Source: Gammaproteobacteria bacterium | GTDB lineage: Bacteria > Pseudomonadota > Gammaproteobacteria > Steroidobacterales > Rariloculaceae | Length of the DNA: 64,000 nucleotides | Direction: 5' to 3' | Assembly (NCBI GenBank): GCA_036381015.1 | Contig: DASVDR010000001.1 | Location: 5,325-69,324, forward strand | Part shown: positions 44,558 through 54,268 of the stretch, one piece after another | Position numbering within the stretch: the first letter of the stretch is position 1 | Layout: each line of letters opens with the position of its first letter | Notes under the pieces: generated by a model | Seen by the model: the letters and a program-made list of their open reading frames with translations, nothing else | What the model was told of the DNA's origin: nothing | Database searches by the model: none | Position numbers and translations under genes: made by a program

Positions 44558-46089
44558 TGCCGCGCGCAATCCCGGCTTTCGCGTCGGTCGTCGTCGCTTG
44601 GGCCGCGGTCTCCACCGCGGCCGCGGACGAGAGCCTCGCGGATCTGATTCAGGCGGGCGACCGCGAAGCCGCGCTCGAGATGATCCGCGCGGGCGCCGAT
44701 GTCAACGCCGCCCAGGGCGACGGCACGACGCCGCTCCACTGGGCCGTCTACCGGATCGATCCCGAGCTCGTGTCCGTGCTCCTCGAGCGCGGCGCGAAGG
44801 CGGATGCCGTGAACCTTTACGGCTCGAGCCCGCTCGCCGAAGCCGTGAAGGTCGGCCATGCGGGTCTCGTCGAGACGCTGCTCGAGGCTGGCGCCGACGT
44901 CGAGTCGCCGAACCAGGACGGGCAGACGGCGCTGATGCTCGCCGCCCGCGCGGGCGCGCTCGAGGCCGCGAGGATCTTGATCGAGCACGGCGCGGACGTG
45001 AACGCGCGTGAAGCATGGCGCGGCCAGACGGCGCTGATGTGGGCGGCCGATGCCCGCCAGCCGGAGATCACGCGGCTTCTGATCGAGCACGGCGCGGACG
45101 TGCACGTGCGCGCGCTCGCGAACGACTGGGCCACGCAGGTCACGTCCGAGCCGCGCGCGCAGTATCGGCCGACCGGCGGTCTCACGGCGCTGCTCTACGC
45201 CGCCCGCTCCGGATGCACGGCCTGCGTCGACGCGATCCTCGACGCCGGGGCCGACATCGATCGGCCCAACCCGGACGGCGTGACGCCGCTGATGATCGCG
45301 ATCGACAACTTCGCGTTCGAGACGGCGAAGCGCCTGCTCGAGCGCGGTGCGAACCCGCACTACTCGGACTGGTGGGGGCGGACGGCGCTCTACATCGCCA
45401 CGGACATCAGCTCGTTCAACTCCCGCGGCCCCACGCCGCCGCCCGAGGAGCGCGGCGAGGTCGACGCGATCGACGTGATCCGGATGCTGCTCGAGGCGGG
45501 CGTCGATCCGAACCCGCAGCTGAACATGCATCGGCCGAGCCGCGGCGGAAACATCGGACGCTTCGTGGACGACCTTTTGACGACGGGCGCCACGCCGCTG
45601 CTCCGGGCCGCGATCGGGCACGACGTCGAGGCCGTGCGGGCGCTGCTCGAGCACGGAGCGCTCGTCGATCTGCCGAACGTGATGGGCGTGACGCCGCTGA
45701 TGGCCGCCGCCGGCATGGGGGTCTCGGGCCGCGACCGCAGCGCCGACTACGGCGGCGACGTCGAGAGCCGCGCGATCGCGACGCTCGAGCTCTTGCTCGC
45801 GGCCGGCGCGGACGTCAACGCGCGCGTCACGGACATCACGAGCCGGACGGCGCGTATCGCGCGCCCGAGCACGATGACCGAGCGCGAGGGGCAGACGGCG
45901 CTCTACGGCGCCGTGAAGTTCGGGTGGGCACGCGTCGTGCAGTACCTGATCGACCACGGGGCCGAGGTCGATATCGTCGACGCGCTCGGCGTTTCGCCGG
46001 TCGACGCCGCGCTCGGCAGGATCGGCGGCCGCGACAACACGGTGTCGGAGGAAGTCGCAGCGATCCTCCGCAACGCCGGCGGGGAGTGA
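44557..46089 (+). CDS. secreted ankyrin-repeat protein (copy 1)
   Basis: The ATG overlaps the MBL stop (TGATG). Signal peptide is MPRAIPAFASVVVAWAAVSTAAA. There are at least eight ANK repeats (G.TPLH.A...G......LLE.GAD.N). Confidence 0.85.
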   Translation: MPRAIPAFASVVVAWAAVSTAAADESLADLIQAGDREAALEMIRAGADVNAAQGDGTTPLHWAVYRIDPELVSVLLERGAKADAVNLYGSSPLAEAVKVGHAGLVETLLEAGADVESPNQDGQTALMLAARAGALEAARILIEHGADVNAREAWRGQTALMWAADARQPEITRLLIEHGADVHVRALANDWATQVTSEPRAQYRPTGGLTALLYAARSGCTACVDAILDAGADIDRPNPDGVTPLMIAIDNFAFETAKRLLERGANPHYSDWWGRTALYIATDISSFNSRGPTPPPEERGEVDAIDVIRMLLEAGVDPNPQLNMHRPSRGGNIGRFVDDLLTTGATPLLRAAIGHDVEAVRALLEHGALVDLPNVMGVTPLMAAAGMGVSGRDRSADYGGDVESRAIATLELLLAAGADVNARVTDITSRTARIARPSTMTEREGQTALYGAVKFGWARVVQYLIDHGAEVDIVDALGVSPVDAALGRIGGRDNTVSEEVAAILRNAGGE

Positions 46090-46094
46090 ACGTC

Positions 46095-46131
46095 CCGTTC
46101 GGCCGCCCGCCGCCCCGGGCGGCGGGAACGG
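46095..46131 (+). terminator. GC-rich hairpin after the ankyrin gene (candidate terminator)
   Basis: CCGTTC..CCCGCCGC-cccgg-GCGGCGGG-AACGG, found 6 nt after the stop. There is no U-tract. Confidence 0.35.
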
Positions 46132-46354
46132 CGATCTCGGCCTCGACGGAACCGCGCACGGGCTGCTATAAACGCCCGTCGTTCCCGCGTCCGACGAAGA
46201 GGCCTCGAATTTGCGCTCACTTTCAGCCGACATCGCCCGAGGCGGCGCCAGCGCGAACGCTCCGCCGCGCGCTTCCGCGCGGAGGCTCGGACGTCGGGGC
46301 TTGCGCCCTCGGGCCGTACGCTGCCGCGGGTAGGCCGACGCGAGTCCCTCGGCG

Positions 46355-48955
46355 ATGGGCCCGATAGAAGGCGCATTGGCGTTCTGTGCACGCCTCGTCC
46401 TCCGTTTCCGCGGCACGGTGATCGTCGTCGGCATCGTCGCCGCCGCGGCGAGCGCTTATTACGCCGCGACCCGCCTCGGCATCAACACCGATACGGCCAA
46501 CATGATCTCGGCCGAGCTGCCGTGGCGCCGAAATTTCATCGATTACCGCGCGAGCTTTCCGTCGCGGGACCGAAACATCGTCGTCGTCATCGACGGGCCG
46601 TCGACCGAGGCGGTCGACGCGTTCTCGTCCGCGCTCGTCGAGCGGCTTCGCCGCCGCCCGGACCTTTACCGCTCGGTCTTCGCCGCCCGCTCGGACGAGT
46701 TCTTCGAGCGCAACGGGCTGTTGTACTCGTCGGTGGAGGAGCTCGAGGACCTCGGGGACCGTCTCGCGGCCGCGCAACCGCTGATCGGTCTCCTGCGGCC
46801 CGGGCTCGACGGCGCCGCCGTCGTGAACGTCGTCGACAGGACGTTGACCGCTGCGGACGGCGAAGGGGGCGACCCGCTCGCGAATGCGCTTTACGGCGAG
46901 CTCACGGGCGCCGTCACCGCCGTGCTCGACGGAGGCCGCGATCCGATCGACTGGCGGCGACTGATCGCCGGCGGTGCGGCCGCGGAGGGCACGCGGCGCA
47001 CGATCCTGCTCCAGCCCGTGCTCGACTTCGACAGCGTGCGTCCGGCCGCCGCGCCGATGGAGCACCTTCGCGCGGCGATCGATGCGCTCGCCACCGGCGA
47101 GCTCCGCGGCGTCACCGCCCGCCTGACCGGCGCCGTCGCGATGGAGCACGAGGAGATGCTGAGCGTCCGGCAGGGCGCGAACGTCGCCGGCGTCGTCTCC
47201 TTCGTCCTGGTCGTGTTTCTGCTCTACGCGACGCTCCGGTCGTGGAAGCTGCTCGCGATCTCCGCCACCACGCTCGTCGCCGGGCTGACCGGCGCGGCCG
47301 CGTTCGCGGCCGCCGCCGTCGGGCATCTGAACCTGCTCTCGGCGGCCTTCGCCGTCATGTACATCGGGCTCGGAACGGACTTCATCATCCACGTTTGCCT
47401 GCGCGTGAAGGAGCTCCTCGCCGAGGGCGTCGCGCTGGACGACGCGATCGTCCGTACCGTCGGCGGCATCGGATCGTCGCTCGTGATCGCCGCCGTGACG
47501 ACGGCCGCCGGCTTCTACGCCTTCATCCCGACGGCCTTCGACGGCGTATCCGAGCTCGGCATCATCTCCGGCACGGGAATGTTCATCAGCCTGTTCGCGA
47601 GCCTTACCCTGTTGCCGGCCTTGCTCGGCCGCTTCCTGACGCCGGCCGACTGCCGGCCGCGCCCCGCCTGGATCGGCACCCTCGGCTTCAAGAGGTTGAC
47701 GGCACGGCCGCCGATCGTGCTCGGCGTCACGGCAGTGATGCTCCTGACGACGTTGACGGCATTGCCGTTCACCGAGTTCGACAGCAATCCGCTCCACATG
47801 CGCGACCCGGAGTCGGAATCCGTGCGCGCGCTCGAGGAGCTCGCCGCGGACAGCGAAGCCGCGCTTTTCAACATGGTGGCGATTGCGCCGGACCACGACA
47901 CGGCGCTCGAGTGGGCGGCGGCGCTGCGCGGCCTGGACACCGTGCGCCGGGTGAGCACGGTCGATACGCTCGTGCCGGAGCAGCAGGCGGAGAAGGCGCT
48001 CGTGCTCGAGGACATCGCGCTGCTGATGGGACCGGGGTTCGCCGACTTGAAGCGCACACCGGCCGATCCCGAGCGGCTCCATGACGCTTTCCGCGCGCTT
48101 CACGACGATCTCGAGGGCGCGACCGGCCGCGGCGCGGCCGCAGGCGAGCTGCGGAAGGCCGTCGACGCGCTGCTCGCGGCGCTCGGCACGCACGACGAGC
48201 CGGAGCGGACGCGCACGCTCGTCGCCCTCGACGAAGCCGTCGTCGGCGACCTGCCGCGCGAGCTCGAGCGCCTCGCGAAGGGTCTCGGCGCCCAACCGTT
48301 CGACCGCGACGCGCTGCCGCCGGCGCTCCTCGAGCGATGGGTCAGCGCCGACGGACGCGAGCTGATCGAGATTGCGCCGCGCGAGGACGTGAGCGACAAC
48401 GGCGAGGCCGCCCGTTTCGCCGACTCCGTGCGAAGCATCGTGCCCAGCGCCACCGGCCTGCCGGTCGTTTATCGCGAAGCGTCGCGCACGGTCGTGCATG
48501 CCTTTCAGCTCGCGCTCGTCTACGCGCTGGTCATGGTGACGATCCTGCTGTGGGTTTTTCTGCGGCGGGGGAAGGACGTGCTGCTCGTCATCGTGCCCAT
48601 TCTGCTCGCGACGGCCGCGACGCTGGCCGTCACGGTGCTGCTCGGCGTTCCGTTGAATTTCGCGAGCATCATCGGGCTGCCGCTCCTCGTCGGCATCGGC
48701 GTCGACAACGGCATTCACATCGTGCACCGAATGCGCACGCATCCGACGGCCGACGGCGAGCCGTTCGGCACGAGCACGTCGCTCGCCGTGCTCGCGAGCA
48801 ATCTCACGACCGTCGTCAGCTTCGGCACGCTCGGGCTGTCGGCGCACCGCGGCATGGCGAGCTTGGGGCAGCTGCTGACGTTGGGCATCGTGATGACTCT
48901 CGCGGCCAGCATGGTCTTGCTGCCGGCATTGCTGAAGCTTCGGCCCTTTCGGTGA
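46355..48955 (+). CDS. MMPL/RND-superfamily transporter (HpnN-like)
   Basis: 866 aa. The N-terminus (TM, then LGINTDTANMISAELPWRRNFIDYRASFPSRDRNIVVVIDGPS) resembles hopanoid-associated HpnN-type MMPL proteins. It has two 6-TM bundles. Confidence 0.8.
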   Translation: MGPIEGALAFCARLVLRFRGTVIVVGIVAAAASAYYAATRLGINTDTANMISAELPWRRNFIDYRASFPSRDRNIVVVIDGPSTEAVDAFSSALVERLRRRPDLYRSVFAARSDEFFERNGLLYSSVEELEDLGDRLAAAQPLIGLLRPGLDGAAVVNVVDRTLTAADGEGGDPLANALYGELTGAVTAVLDGGRDPIDWRRLIAGGAAAEGTRRTILLQPVLDFDSVRPAAAPMEHLRAAIDALATGELRGVTARLTGAVAMEHEEMLSVRQGANVAGVVSFVLVVFLLYATLRSWKLLAISATTLVAGLTGAAAFAAAAVGHLNLLSAAFAVMYIGLGTDFIIHVCLRVKELLAEGVALDDAIVRTVGGIGSSLVIAAVTTAAGFYAFIPTAFDGVSELGIISGTGMFISLFASLTLLPALLGRFLTPADCRPRPAWIGTLGFKRLTARPPIVLGVTAVMLLTTLTALPFTEFDSNPLHMRDPESESVRALEELAADSEAALFNMVAIAPDHDTALEWAAALRGLDTVRRVSTVDTLVPEQQAEKALVLEDIALLMGPGFADLKRTPADPERLHDAFRALHDDLEGATGRGAAAGELRKAVDALLAALGTHDEPERTRTLVALDEAVVGDLPRELERLAKGLGAQPFDRDALPPALLERWVSADGRELIEIAPREDVSDNGEAARFADSVRSIVPSATGLPVVYREASRTVVHAFQLALVYALVMVTILLWVFLRRGKDVLLVIVPILLATAATLAVTVLLGVPLNFASIIGLPLLVGIGVDNGIHIVHRMRTHPTADGEPFGTSTSLAVLASNLTTVVSFGTLGLSAHRGMASLGQLLTLGIVMTLAASMVLLPALLKLRPFR

Positions 48956-49019
48956 CCGGCGGCGTTTTCGAGGAATGCGGTGGTCGACCGCCGCGCCGCC
49001 TCTGCTAATATTCGCGCCC

Positions 49020-50402
49020 ATGTCCAATCACCACACGCCGCGGGACGGGACCTCCGTGCTCGCTTCGGTCGGGCTGCGTCTCTCCGACTGGTTCGAAAAA
49101 TGGTTTCCCGACGCGTTCGCGCTCGCGCTCGCGGCCGTCGCCATCGTGTTCGTCGCGAGCCTCGCGGCGGGCCACTCCGTTCTCGACACGGCGGAGCGGT
49201 TCGGCACCGGCTTCTGGGATCTCGTCGCGTTCACGATGCAGATGTCGATGATCATCGTCACCGGCTACGCGGTGGCGACGGCGCCGGCGGTCTACCGCGT
49301 GATCCGGCGCATCGCGGCGCTGCCGCAGACGGGCCCGGGCGCCGCCGCGTACGTGGGCGTCTTCTCGATGCTGGCCTCGCTCGTATCGTGGAGCTTCAGC
49401 CTGATCTTCAGCGCACTGCTTGCGCGCGAGGTCGCGCATCGCGTCAAGGGCGCCGATTACCGGGCGATCGGCGCGGCGGCATATCTCGGCGTCGGCAGCG
49501 TCTGGGCGCTCGGGCTCTCCTCGTCGGCCGCGCTGATCATGGCGACGCCCGACTCGCTTCCGGATGCGATCGAGAACATCAGCGGCGTGATCCCGTTGAG
49601 CCAGACCCTAGGCCTCTGGCAGAGCCTGATGGTCGCGGGGGTATTGATCGCCGTATCCGCGGCGATCGCGTTCTACTCGTCGCCGCCCGAGTCACGGGCC
49701 CGCGGCATGGCGGACATGGGCGTGGAGTACGCGGAAGCGGATACCGGTATCGGCAGGCACGAGAAGCCGGGCGAGTGGCTCGAGCACAGCCCGCTGCTCA
49801 CGATCGTCGTCTGCACGCTCGGCCTCGGCTACTTGATCCGCGAAGTGATCGCCGGCGGCTTGGGCGTGCTGCTCCAGCTCAACCATTACGTGTTCCTGTT
49901 CCTGATCGTGGGGCTGCTGCTGCATTGGCGGCCGAAGTCGTTCGTCAACGCGATTGCGGCGTCGGTGACGCCCGTGGGCGGCGTGCTCATTCAGTATCCG
50001 ATGTACGCCGGCATCGTGCGGATGCTCACGGATTCGGGACTCGCGACTCAGATGTCCGATTTCTTCGTCTCGATCTCCACGCACCACACGTTTCCGGTCA
50101 TGGTCGGCATCTACTCGGCGTTCCTCGGGCTCTTCATTCCGTCGGCCGGCGGCAAATGGCTGATCGAGGCGCCGTATCTCCTCGAGGCCGGCAAGTCGCT
50201 CGACATGCATCTCGGCTGGGTCGTTCAGACGTACAACGCCACCGAGGCGCTCGCGAATCTGATCCACCCGTTCTGGATGCTGCCGTTGGTCGGGATTCTC
50301 GGGCTGAAGGCGCGCGACATCGTCGGCTACTCGATGCTGCAGTTCATCGTGCACGTCCCGCTCGTGCTGCTGCTCGTCTGGGCACTGAATTACACGCTCT
50401 AA
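49020..50402 (+). CDS. short-chain fatty acid transporter (AtoE-like)
   Basis: Start at ATG 49020 (MSNHHTPRDG). WFEKWFPDAFALALAAV and FIPSAGGKWLIEAPY are typical of the AtoE family. 460 aa. Confidence 0.8.
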   Translation: MSNHHTPRDGTSVLASVGLRLSDWFEKWFPDAFALALAAVAIVFVASLAAGHSVLDTAERFGTGFWDLVAFTMQMSMIIVTGYAVATAPAVYRVIRRIAALPQTGPGAAAYVGVFSMLASLVSWSFSLIFSALLAREVAHRVKGADYRAIGAAAYLGVGSVWALGLSSSAALIMATPDSLPDAIENISGVIPLSQTLGLWQSLMVAGVLIAVSAAIAFYSSPPESRARGMADMGVEYAEADTGIGRHEKPGEWLEHSPLLTIVVCTLGLGYLIREVIAGGLGVLLQLNHYVFLFLIVGLLLHWRPKSFVNAIAASVTPVGGVLIQYPMYAGIVRMLTDSGLATQMSDFFVSISTHHTFPVMVGIYSAFLGLFIPSAGGKWLIEAPYLLEAGKSLDMHLGWVVQTYNATEALANLIHPFWMLPLVGILGLKARDIVGYSMLQFIVHVPLVLLLVWALNYTL

Positions 50403-50415
50403 AAAAGATGTCTGG

Positions 50416-50443
50416 GAAAAAAGGTGTCAGAACGCCTTTTTTC
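50416..50443. terminator. bidirectional rho-independent terminator between convergent genes
   Basis: GAAAAAAGGTG-tcagaa-CGCCTTTTTTC forms an 11-bp stem (one G-U pair) flanked by an A-run and a T-run. It is an AT-rich island in GC-rich DNA, lying between the stops at 50402 (+) and 50442 (-). Confidence 0.6.
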
Positions 50444-51689
50444 AGATACCGGAGAACATCAGCCAGCAGAGCGTCGCGCCGACGACGGTCATCGAAAGCC
50501 CCCAGGCGAGGAGCTGGTTGAAGAGGCGCCGGCTGGCGTCCCCGGCCGGCACCGACGCCACGCACAAGGCGCCGATCGTCGAGAGCGGGGACACGTCGAC
50601 GAGGTGCCCCGCCACGTTCATCGTGGACGCGAGCGCGAGCGGGTCGCCGCCGCCGAGGTTCTCGACTAGCCCCGGCACGGTCGGCAGGAACGCCGGCAGG
50701 ATCACGGCCGACGTGCTCGAGTACGCCGAGATCAGCCCGATCGTGACACCGATGAACGGAATGATCGTCGCCGGCGTCGCAGCGGTGGACAGGAGCTTCG
50801 CGAAGAGATCCATCCCGCCGGTCTGCTCCAGCAGCCCGATCAGCAGCGTCACCCCGCAGACCATCAGGATCGTGCTCCACGGCATGCCCTTGACCGCGGC
50901 TTGCTCGTCCGCGGCGCGCAGCAGCGTGAGGATCACGGCTCCCGAGAACGCCGCCATGCCGATGTCGACGCCGACGAAGATGACGCCGACGATCAAGAGG
51001 CCGATGATCGCGAGCGTGAGCCGCTGATGGAGATCGAGCGCCGCGGTCTTCCCGTCCGTCGCGAGCGCGACGCGGTCCGTGCGCGCGAGCAGCTTCCACC
51101 CGCCGAACAGAAAATACGCGCCGAATGCGACGATCGCGTGCGCGCCGAGATTGTAGAGCCAGGTGTTCACCTCGAAGCCGGGCAGCCCGATGCGCTCCAT
51201 GAGGCCCGTGACGATGATGCCCGAAGGGGCGAGCGGCGACAGCGAGCCGGCGTTACAGCCGTTGCCGACCATGACGGCCATCAGAAAAGGCGGGATCCCG
51301 GCCCGGAGCGCGGTCGCCATCGCCATCGGGGCGAGCAACCCGGTCGTCGCGATGTTGCCCGGCCCGGCGGACGCGACGGCCGCGCCGAGCGCGAAATACA
51401 TGATCGGCACGAGCCCGACGCGGCCGCGACAGAGGCGCGTGGCGTTGTGCGCGACGATGTCGAGCGTCCCGTTGACGTGCGCCTGGCTGAACAGCAGCGT
51501 GACGCCCGCGAGCGTGAGGAACAGGCCGACGGGGAACCCGTCGGTCACGTCTCGGACGGAAAGACCGGCGCCGTAGACGCCGATGACCCAGGCGAGCGCG
51601 ATCGCGATCAGGCCGACGTTGAGCCGCGTGGTGCAGCTCAATACGATCGCGATCGCCAAAGCGGCGAGCGTGACGACCGCGAGGCTCAT
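50442..51689 (-). CDS. ion-transporter-superfamily permease (SLC13/DASS or ArsB/NhaD-like)
   Basis: Start at ATG 51689 (ATGA overlap with the dedA stop). 415 aa and highly hydrophobic. Motif GNGCNAGSLSPLAPSG. Confidence 0.7.
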   Translation of the reverse strand: MSLAVVTLAALAIAIVLSCTTRLNVGLIAIALAWVIGVYGAGLSVRDVTDGFPVGLFLTLAGVTLLFSQAHVNGTLDIVAHNATRLCRGRVGLVPIMYFALGAAVASAGPGNIATTGLLAPMAMATALRAGIPPFLMAVMVGNGCNAGSLSPLAPSGIIVTGLMERIGLPGFEVNTWLYNLGAHAIVAFGAYFLFGGWKLLARTDRVALATDGKTAALDLHQRLTLAIIGLLIVGVIFVGVDIGMAAFSGAVILTLLRAADEQAAVKGMPWSTILMVCGVTLLIGLLEQTGGMDLFAKLLSTAATPATIIPFIGVTIGLISAYSSTSAVILPAFLPTVPGLVENLGGGDPLALASTMNVAGHLVDVSPLSTIGALCVASVPAGDASRRLFNQLLAWGLSMTVVGATLCWLMFSGI

Positions 51690-52333
51690 GCGGCCGGGTG
51701 CCTGCCGTTGCGCGCCCGCCATGCCTCGTACGTGACGGGCAGGAGCGAGATCACGATGACGGCGAGAATCACGAAGCCGAAATGCTCCTTCACGATCGGC
51801 TGATTGCCGAAAAAGTAACCGAGCAGCAGGAACCCTCCCGCCCACGCGCACCCGCCGCCGACGTTGAAGGCCAGGAAGCGCGGGTAGCGCATCGCGCCGA
51901 CCCCCGCCACGAACGGCGCGAAAGTGCGCACGATCGGCACGAAGCGGGCGAGCACGATCGTCTTTCCGCCGTGGCGTTCGTAGAAACGCTGCGTGCGCAG
52001 CAGGTGCTCGCGGTTCAGCAGCCGGCGGTGCTCCGTGAACACTCGCGGCCCCAAGGCGCGGCCGATCGCGTAATTCACGCTGTCGCCGAGGATCGCCGCG
52101 GCGGTCAGAAGCAGAAGGAGCACGCCGATATCGACCGCTCCGGCGGCCGCGAGCGCGCCGGCCGCGAACAGCAGGGAGTCCCCGGGAAGGAAAGGCGTGG
52201 CGACGACGCCGGTTTCGAGGAAGATGATCGCGAACAGCAGCGCATAGATCCACGCGCCGTACGTCGTCGCGACGTCGACGAGGTGCTCGTCCAGATGGAG
52301 GAAGAGATCGAGCAGCGTGGAGACGATTTCCAT
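51686..52333 (-). CDS. DedA-family membrane protein
   Basis: 215 aa with FLETGVVATPFLPGDSLLFAAG and ARFVPIVRTFAPFVAG. Confidence 0.9.
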   Translation of the reverse strand: MEIVSTLLDLFLHLDEHLVDVATTYGAWIYALLFAIIFLETGVVATPFLPGDSLLFAAGALAAAGAVDIGVLLLLLTAAAILGDSVNYAIGRALGPRVFTEHRRLLNREHLLRTQRFYERHGGKTIVLARFVPIVRTFAPFVAGVGAMRYPRFLAFNVGGGCAWAGGFLLLGYFFGNQPIVKEHFGFVILAVIVISLLPVTYEAWRARNGRHPAA

Positions 52334-52355
52334 GCGACGTTCGACTGTCCGCCGG

Positions 52356-53711
52356 CTACGCCGTTTCCTCGCGCAGCGGCATCGCGGCGCTCGGCGACCT
52401 CAGCAGGAAATGAAGCGCGAGCATCACGAGCGTCGAGACCACGGCCGGCAGCGCGAACACGAGAAACAGCTGCCGGGTAGACCAGTCGAGATCGAGAAGC
52501 TGGCCGCCGATGAAGGGGCCGATGATCGCGCCGATCCGGCCGATTCCGAGCCCCCAGCCGATTCCCGTGGAGCGCATATACGTCGGATAGTACGTGGCCG
52601 CCAAGGCGTTCAGCCCGGGCTGGCCGCCGATCACCGACCACCCCGCGAGGAACACGATGATCGTGAGCAGCGGCACGATCGCGAGGACGAAATCGGTGCC
52701 GATCAGCGCGATCGCGACGGACGCCGTGGCGAACGTCAGCGTCAGCATCGGCGTGAACCCCTTCTTCGCGATCAGCCACGCGAGACCGAACGTGCCGATC
52801 GTGCCGCCGGTCTGCATTGCCCCGCCGATCAGCGCGGACGTCGACGAGGAGAGCCCGTTTTGGCTCAGGATCGTCGGCAGCAGGCCGGCGAGGAAATAGA
52901 GGTTCAGCAGGTTCGTGAAGTTGACGAGCCAGTAGAGCAGCGTGACCGGCGCGCGCCCTTCCGTGAGCAGATGCTTGACCGGCACGCCGCCTTTGCTCTG
53001 CTCGGCGGCCACGTACTCGACGCCGGGGCCGACCGGCGCGTTCCGGTCCACGCGCGCGAGCCATCGTGCGACCTTGTCGAGCTTGCGGCGCACGACGAGA
53101 AACTGCAGCGACTCCGGAAGCCAGAAGATCATCAGGATGCCGACGACCAGCGGGATGATGCCGCCGAAGTAGAAGACCGACCGCCAGCCGAACAGCGGCA
53201 TGAGCCAGGCCGCGACGAAGCCGCCGAGAGCGGCGCCGGCCGTGAACCCGACGGTAATCGTCATGATCAGCGTCACGCGCACGCGCTTCGGGCTGTATTC
53301 GCCGATCAGCGCCGTCGCATTCGGAATGATCGAGCCCATGCCGACGCCGCCGATGAAGCGCAGCCACAGGAGCTCGGTCGCGGAGCCGGCGTTCGCCGTC
53401 AGAATCGTGATGATCGCATAGAAGAACGTGCCGATGATCAGCACCGGCCGGCGGCCGATCTTGTCGGCCAGCATCGTGAACAGCAGCGACCCGATCAGCA
53501 CGCCGACGTTCGCGGCGGCGAGAATCGTGCCGAGCTGGGCGCCCGACATTCCGAGCTCCGGGATGGCCTCAGGCGCGACGTAGCCCATCGCCTGCACGTC
53601 GAAGCCGTCCATGATCAACGACATCGCGCAGAGCGCGAACAGCATGATCTGAAAGCGACCGACCCTGCTGTCGTCGATCAGATCGGACACATTGACTCTA
53701 GTTGCCGCCAT
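52356..53711 (-). CDS. MFS transporter (aromatic acid:H+ symporter-like)
   Basis: Start at ATG 53711 (MAATRVNVSDLIDD). Motifs are MDGFDVQAMGYVAP and LADKIGRRPVLI. 12 TM segments. Confidence 0.85.
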   Translation of the reverse strand: MAATRVNVSDLIDDSRVGRFQIMLFALCAMSLIMDGFDVQAMGYVAPEAIPELGMSGAQLGTILAAANVGVLIGSLLFTMLADKIGRRPVLIIGTFFYAIITILTANAGSATELLWLRFIGGVGMGSIIPNATALIGEYSPKRVRVTLIMTITVGFTAGAALGGFVAAWLMPLFGWRSVFYFGGIIPLVVGILMIFWLPESLQFLVVRRKLDKVARWLARVDRNAPVGPGVEYVAAEQSKGGVPVKHLLTEGRAPVTLLYWLVNFTNLLNLYFLAGLLPTILSQNGLSSSTSALIGGAMQTGGTIGTFGLAWLIAKKGFTPMLTLTFATASVAIALIGTDFVLAIVPLLTIIVFLAGWSVIGGQPGLNALAATYYPTYMRSTGIGWGLGIGRIGAIIGPFIGGQLLDLDWSTRQLFLVFALPAVVSTLVMLALHFLLRSPSAAMPLREETA

Positions 53712-53866
53712 GCAGGCCCCCCCGGGTTCGCGGTCGAAGACGTTCCGAGCAGACGCGATGGTAACAGGCTTTGGGGCGCCCACGGTCCGCGCCGTTGCCG
53801 TCCCTCCCGGGCTTCGCTACTCTTGCCCGACCCCGCCGAAGCAGGCGGTCCGAGAAAAAGAAGGCC

Positions 53867-54061
53867 GTGCCGCGGTCGCTCCGCCACAAGATCAACGCCT
53901 TGATCTGCGTGCTGATCGCCGCGCACGCCGTGTATTGGTTCGCGACGGGCCGAATGGAAACGGCGACCTCGCTGCGCACCGGCCTGGTCGTCGCGCAGGC
54001 GGTCGTCGGCGCGATCGGCGCGATCTGGTTCTGGCGCCGCGCCCGCGCCGCTCGGGACTGA
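53867..54061 (+). CDS. possible small two-TM membrane protein
   Basis: A GTG within the 53771..54061 ORF. Two hydrophobic helices (INALICVLIAAHAVYWF, LVVAQAVVGAIGAIWFW). Weak support only. Confidence 0.3.
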   Translation: MPRSLRHKINALICVLIAAHAVYWFATGRMETATSLRTGLVVAQAVVGAIGAIWFWRRARAARD

Positions 54062-54268
54062 CGGCGAGCGCCGGCTATACCGGCTCGGCAACACCCCGGG
54101 AACGCCGCCGTGCGCGGCTTTCGGCGCTCAAGGGTTGCCTCGAGCGCCGGAATCGTTCAGGGTTCGGCCTCGGCAAATCGAGACGACCCGCGAGCGGGCC
54201 CGTAAAGGGATTCGCTCGTCCAACGGAGACCGGGAGGGATTCCGGCGCCGCCACGGCCGGCGCCGATC

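Noticed and set aside
39836-46089. Track ORFs of 1243 aa (39836..43567) and 1232 aa (42391..46089).
   Set aside because: Only their C-terminal parts (DUF1552 from 42218, ankyrin from 44557) are protein-like. The upstream parts are Arg-rich out-of-frame readings of the preceding genes.
46223-49027. 934-aa minus-strand ORF.
   Set aside because: It is antisense to the MMPL transporter gene and has Arg/Asp/Gly-rich, non-membrane nonsense composition.
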